NCBI GenBank assembly: GCA_965218095.1
Contig: OZ244587.1
Location: forward strand, 5,984,001 to 6,048,000
Length of the DNA: 64,000 bases
DNA from: Candidatus Poribacteria bacterium
Lineage (GTDB): Bacteria; Poribacteria; WGA-4E; PCPOR2b
Direction of reading: 5' to 3'
A model generated the notes under the pieces. That model made no database searches. It had not been told where the DNA came from and saw only the letters and a program-made list of their open reading frames with translations. The position numbers were made by a program, and so were the translations under genes. Position 1 is the stretch's first letter. Every line of letters starts with the position of its first letter. This document shows positions 61,533 to 64,000 of the stretch, piece after piece.

Positions 61533-61769
61533 TATATTAAAACGCGGATGCTTTGGTAGGAGCAGAATCTCTTTACTTTGTAGTACCCTGTTAAGTTAGT
61601 TTTACAAATTTTGGGAGGGTGAGGCTTCCGTCGAACCCAATAGTGATGTTTGGCAGAGCCTGCTCCGAGCATCGGAGAGTCTCACCCTCCCACGGTGGTT
61701 GAGAAAACACCAATGAATCACTCGCAGGTGTTGCGAGATTGAGCGGGCCAGAATCCCAATCTATCGAAG

Positions 61770-62792
61770 CTATGCAGTAACTGCTTCCATCTGTTTTGAA
61801 TACTTGCCGCAGCGCGCGGCGCCATTGCATCTAGCTCGGTGGTAGAAGATCTTCTGCGCCGCAGGAACATTGGCGGCTTTCCCACCCCACGCCTTAAGCG
61901 ATGGTCCTTGCAGTGCCCGTCCATACGAGAAGCTAAGTTCCCACGGATGGTTGTCTATTGCGTTCATAGCATTGAGGTGTTCGGTTGCCAGTTTTGCACC
62001 TTGCCCGCCGGAAAGGAAGACGATACCAGGCACCGCCGCAGGTATAGTTCGGCGGAAACAGTGTACGGTCGCTTCCGCCACTTCGTCGACGCTTGCCTGC
62101 TTCGGGCACGCCTTGCCGGAGAGAACCATGTTGGCCTTGAGCAACGTTCCCTCAAGCACCACACGATGTGTATAGAGCTCTGAATAAACGCGCTGTAGCG
62201 TAGCTTCTGTCACTGTCTCACAGCGTTCGATGTCGTGAGTGCCATCCATCAACACCTCCGGTTCAACGATAGGAACCAGTCCAACCTCCTGACATAGGGC
62301 GGCGTAACGCGCAAGCGCGTGTGCATTGGCGTCGATACAAAATTGTGTTGGGAGGCCCTCACCGATGTTGATTACTGCCCGCCACTTGGCGAATTGTGCC
62401 CCAAGTTCACGGTACTCGGTAAGATTTTCGCGAAGGCCATCGAGCCCTTCCGTAATTGTTTCTCCAGGGAAGCCTGCCAGGTCCTTGACGCCTGTGTCGG
62501 CCTTGATGCCGGGTATGATACCCTTCTTTGAAAGCAGTTCGAGAAAAGGCATGCCGCCCAGGGACTTCTGGCGGATAGTCTCGTCGAACAGAATTACTCC
62601 GCTGATAAATGCTTCCACACCTGACGTTGTGAACAACATATCGCGGTAGGATTGGCGATTCTCCTCAGTAGATGCTAGGTTGATGGTACCGAACTGCCTT
62701 TTGATAGCCCGATCACTCTCATCAGCAGCCAGGATGCCTTTGCCTTTCGGAACAAGGGCTTGAGCAACAGATTCGAGTTCATGTTTTATCAT
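61770..62792 (-). CDS. Class I fructose-bisphosphate aldolase (eukaryote-like type)
   Basis: GILAADES, FAKWRAV, VPIVEPEV, LLKANMV, FLSGGQ, SFSYGRALQ. Confidence 0.95.
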   Translation of the reverse strand: MIKHELESVAQALVPKGKGILAADESDRAIKRQFGTINLASTEENRQSYRDMLFTTSGVEAFISGVILFDETIRQKSLGGMPFLELLSKKGIIPGIKADTGVKDLAGFPGETITEGLDGLRENLTEYRELGAQFAKWRAVINIGEGLPTQFCIDANAHALARYAALCQEVGLVPIVEPEVLMDGTHDIERCETVTEATLQRVYSELYTHRVVLEGTLLKANMVLSGKACPKQASVDEVAEATVHCFRRTIPAAVPGIVFLSGGQGAKLATEHLNAMNAIDNHPWELSFSYGRALQGPSLKAWGGKAANVPAAQKIFYHRARCNGAARCGKYSKQMEAVTA

Positions 62793-62942
62793 GACCGTAT
62801 ACTCCTTTCGATTTGTGAAGTCTAATGACACCTTACGTTATGCTTCGCGGTTAATTTGACTTTGATGAATTAAAAGAATCTTCGACCGAGAGTCCGAGAC
62901 CTTGACCTTCGGTCGGGATCTCCGATTGAGAGTCTTTGACTT

Positions 62943-62988
62943 GCCCCCCGGCCCCCCCCTCAATCCCGCCAACTTTGGGGGGAAGGGG
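62943..62988. repeat. C-rich/G-rich palindromic intergenic repeat
   Basis: CCCCCCCTCAATCCCGCCAACTTTGGGGGGAAGGGG. Confidence 0.4.
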
Positions 62989-63084
62989 AGAATCGCAAAA
63001 ACTCCTGAAGTTCCGGTGCTTTGCACCGAGAATCCACGGTGTGAAGCATCCCGATCCATCGAAGAATTGGGTGCCAAAGTCAAG

Positions 63085-64000
63085 TTAATATTCCCGCTCA
63101 ATGAAAAAATGAACCAGGTGTAGAAATATATCCTTGGCTTGGCTTGCCGGCAAATAAGAAAACTCCTGATTAAACTGCGTATATGTCTTCTGCGCAAGTT
63201 CCCTGGAGCGTCGTTGGGCATACTGAATCGACTCATATTTCGCCATTAACTCCAATACCTCTTGAATCTCATCCTGACGTTTTTCCGCTCGCGGCTGATT
63301 CATGATTTCAATGATACATGACGCTTCCGTCTTCGAGCAAACGTTAAGCAGGTAGATGAGAATGAGCGTGCGCTTCCCTTCGCTGATGTCTCCACCAATT
63401 TCTTTCCCATACTTGCTCTCTTTACCAATGAGGTTAAGGACATCGTCCTGAATCTGGAAGGCGACACCAAGGTTCATGCCGATATCGATAAATCGATTGA
63501 TTTCGTCTTTGGACGCACCAGCAATCAGTGCGCCGACACGACAGGGGGTAACGCAGGTGTAAGAAGCGGTTTTCTGGACACACATCGCCCAATAGTCTTC
63601 TTCGGTTAAATCCCAGCGGTTGTTATCAACCCAGCTCAACTCGATGTGTTGCCCCTGGACAACCTGATTGCTGAGTTGTGAAAATTCCGATGCGATTTCA
63701 GATGCAAGTTCATAGCCGAGCACATCCGCATTCCGATTTAGCATTTCCCACATTTTGCAGTGGAGTGCGTCGCCTACGTTAATAGCGATCGGAATTCCGT
63801 GTTTTCGATGGAGGCACGGTTGCCCACGACGCAGATCTGAGCCATCTTCAATATCATCGTGAATCAAGGTCCAGTTTTGCAAGAGCTCAAGCGCAGCAGC
63901 GGTATTGAATGCATCCTGCGGATTTCCACCGAATGCTTCGCAAATAAGCAGGCAAATTGCCGGGCGCAATCCTTTGCCGGCTCGAAGTGGGTAATCTAGC
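63085..64000 (-). CDS. Polyprenyl diphosphate synthase (5' end outside the window)
   Basis: GKGLRP, LIHDDIEDGSDLRRG (FARM), FQIQDDVL (SARM), DISEGKRT. Confidence 0.95.
   Translation of the reverse strand, partial: LDYPLRAGKGLRPAICLLICEAFGGNPQDAFNTAAALELLQNWTLIHDDIEDGSDLRRGQPCLHRKHGIPIAINVGDALHCKMWEMLNRNADVLGYELASEIASEFSQLSNQVVQGQHIELSWVDNNRWDLTEEDYWAMCVQKTASYTCVTPCRVGALIAGASKDEINRFIDIGMNLGVAFQIQDDVLNLIGKESKYGKEIGGDISEGKRTLILIYLLNVCSKTEASCIIEIMNQPRAEKRQDEIQEVLELMAKYESIQYAQRRSRELAQKTYTQFNQEFSYLPASQAKDIFLHLVHFFIEREY

Noticed and set aside
1-64000. Genome-wide reassignment of TAG to an amino acid
   Set aside because: TAG ends apparently complete genes (e.g. 14720, 60543, 3557, 56494). Internal TAGs map to both Trp and Gln positions, and internal TGA and TAA also occur.
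1-64000. CRISPR array, tRNA or rRNA
   Set aside because: No regularly spaced 23-47-bp repeat series and no cloverleaf or rRNA signatures seen by eye.

Overview
This is a 64-kb accessory-type stretch of a bacterial chromosome. It most likely comes from Candidatus Poribacteria or a relative (inference from the C-terminal AVEPxxKLxxxWxxxK tails, an LLQNYPNPFNPETW domain, a DUF6785/DUF6784-like membrane protein, an NHL-repeat protein and many PhyH dioxygenases). Intact genes are mostly catabolic enzymes: six PhyH-family and one TauD-family Fe/2-oxoglutarate dioxygenase, three Gfo/Idh/MocA oxidoreductases, an enolase-superfamily enzyme, a mannonate dehydratase-like protein, an amidohydrolase, a BNR/sialidase-like protein, a GNAT, a cupin and an aspartoacylase. 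A few housekeeping genes are scattered among them (ilvC, hisA, class I aldolase, a cold-shock protein, gspG, a polyprenyl synthase). The dominant signal is heavy erosion. About a dozen in-frame stops sit at conserved Trp/Gln/Arg positions, including four in one frame-intact 650-codon gene, and many unrelated gene fragments are fused end to end. Mobile DNA includes two IS5-family (IS427-like) copies, two IS982 copies, IS1/IS630/IS1634 remnants and a RAYT transposase with REPs. Features missed by the ORF track include a resolvase res-like site, a PEP-CTERM protein remnant beside a sulfotransferase fusion, a 15-bp inverted-repeat pair around a cupin gene, and a stand-alone domain resembling archaeal HTH-10 regulator sensor domains. 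I saw no rRNA, tRNA or CRISPR array, and no complete novel multi-gene system that I can support with confidence.
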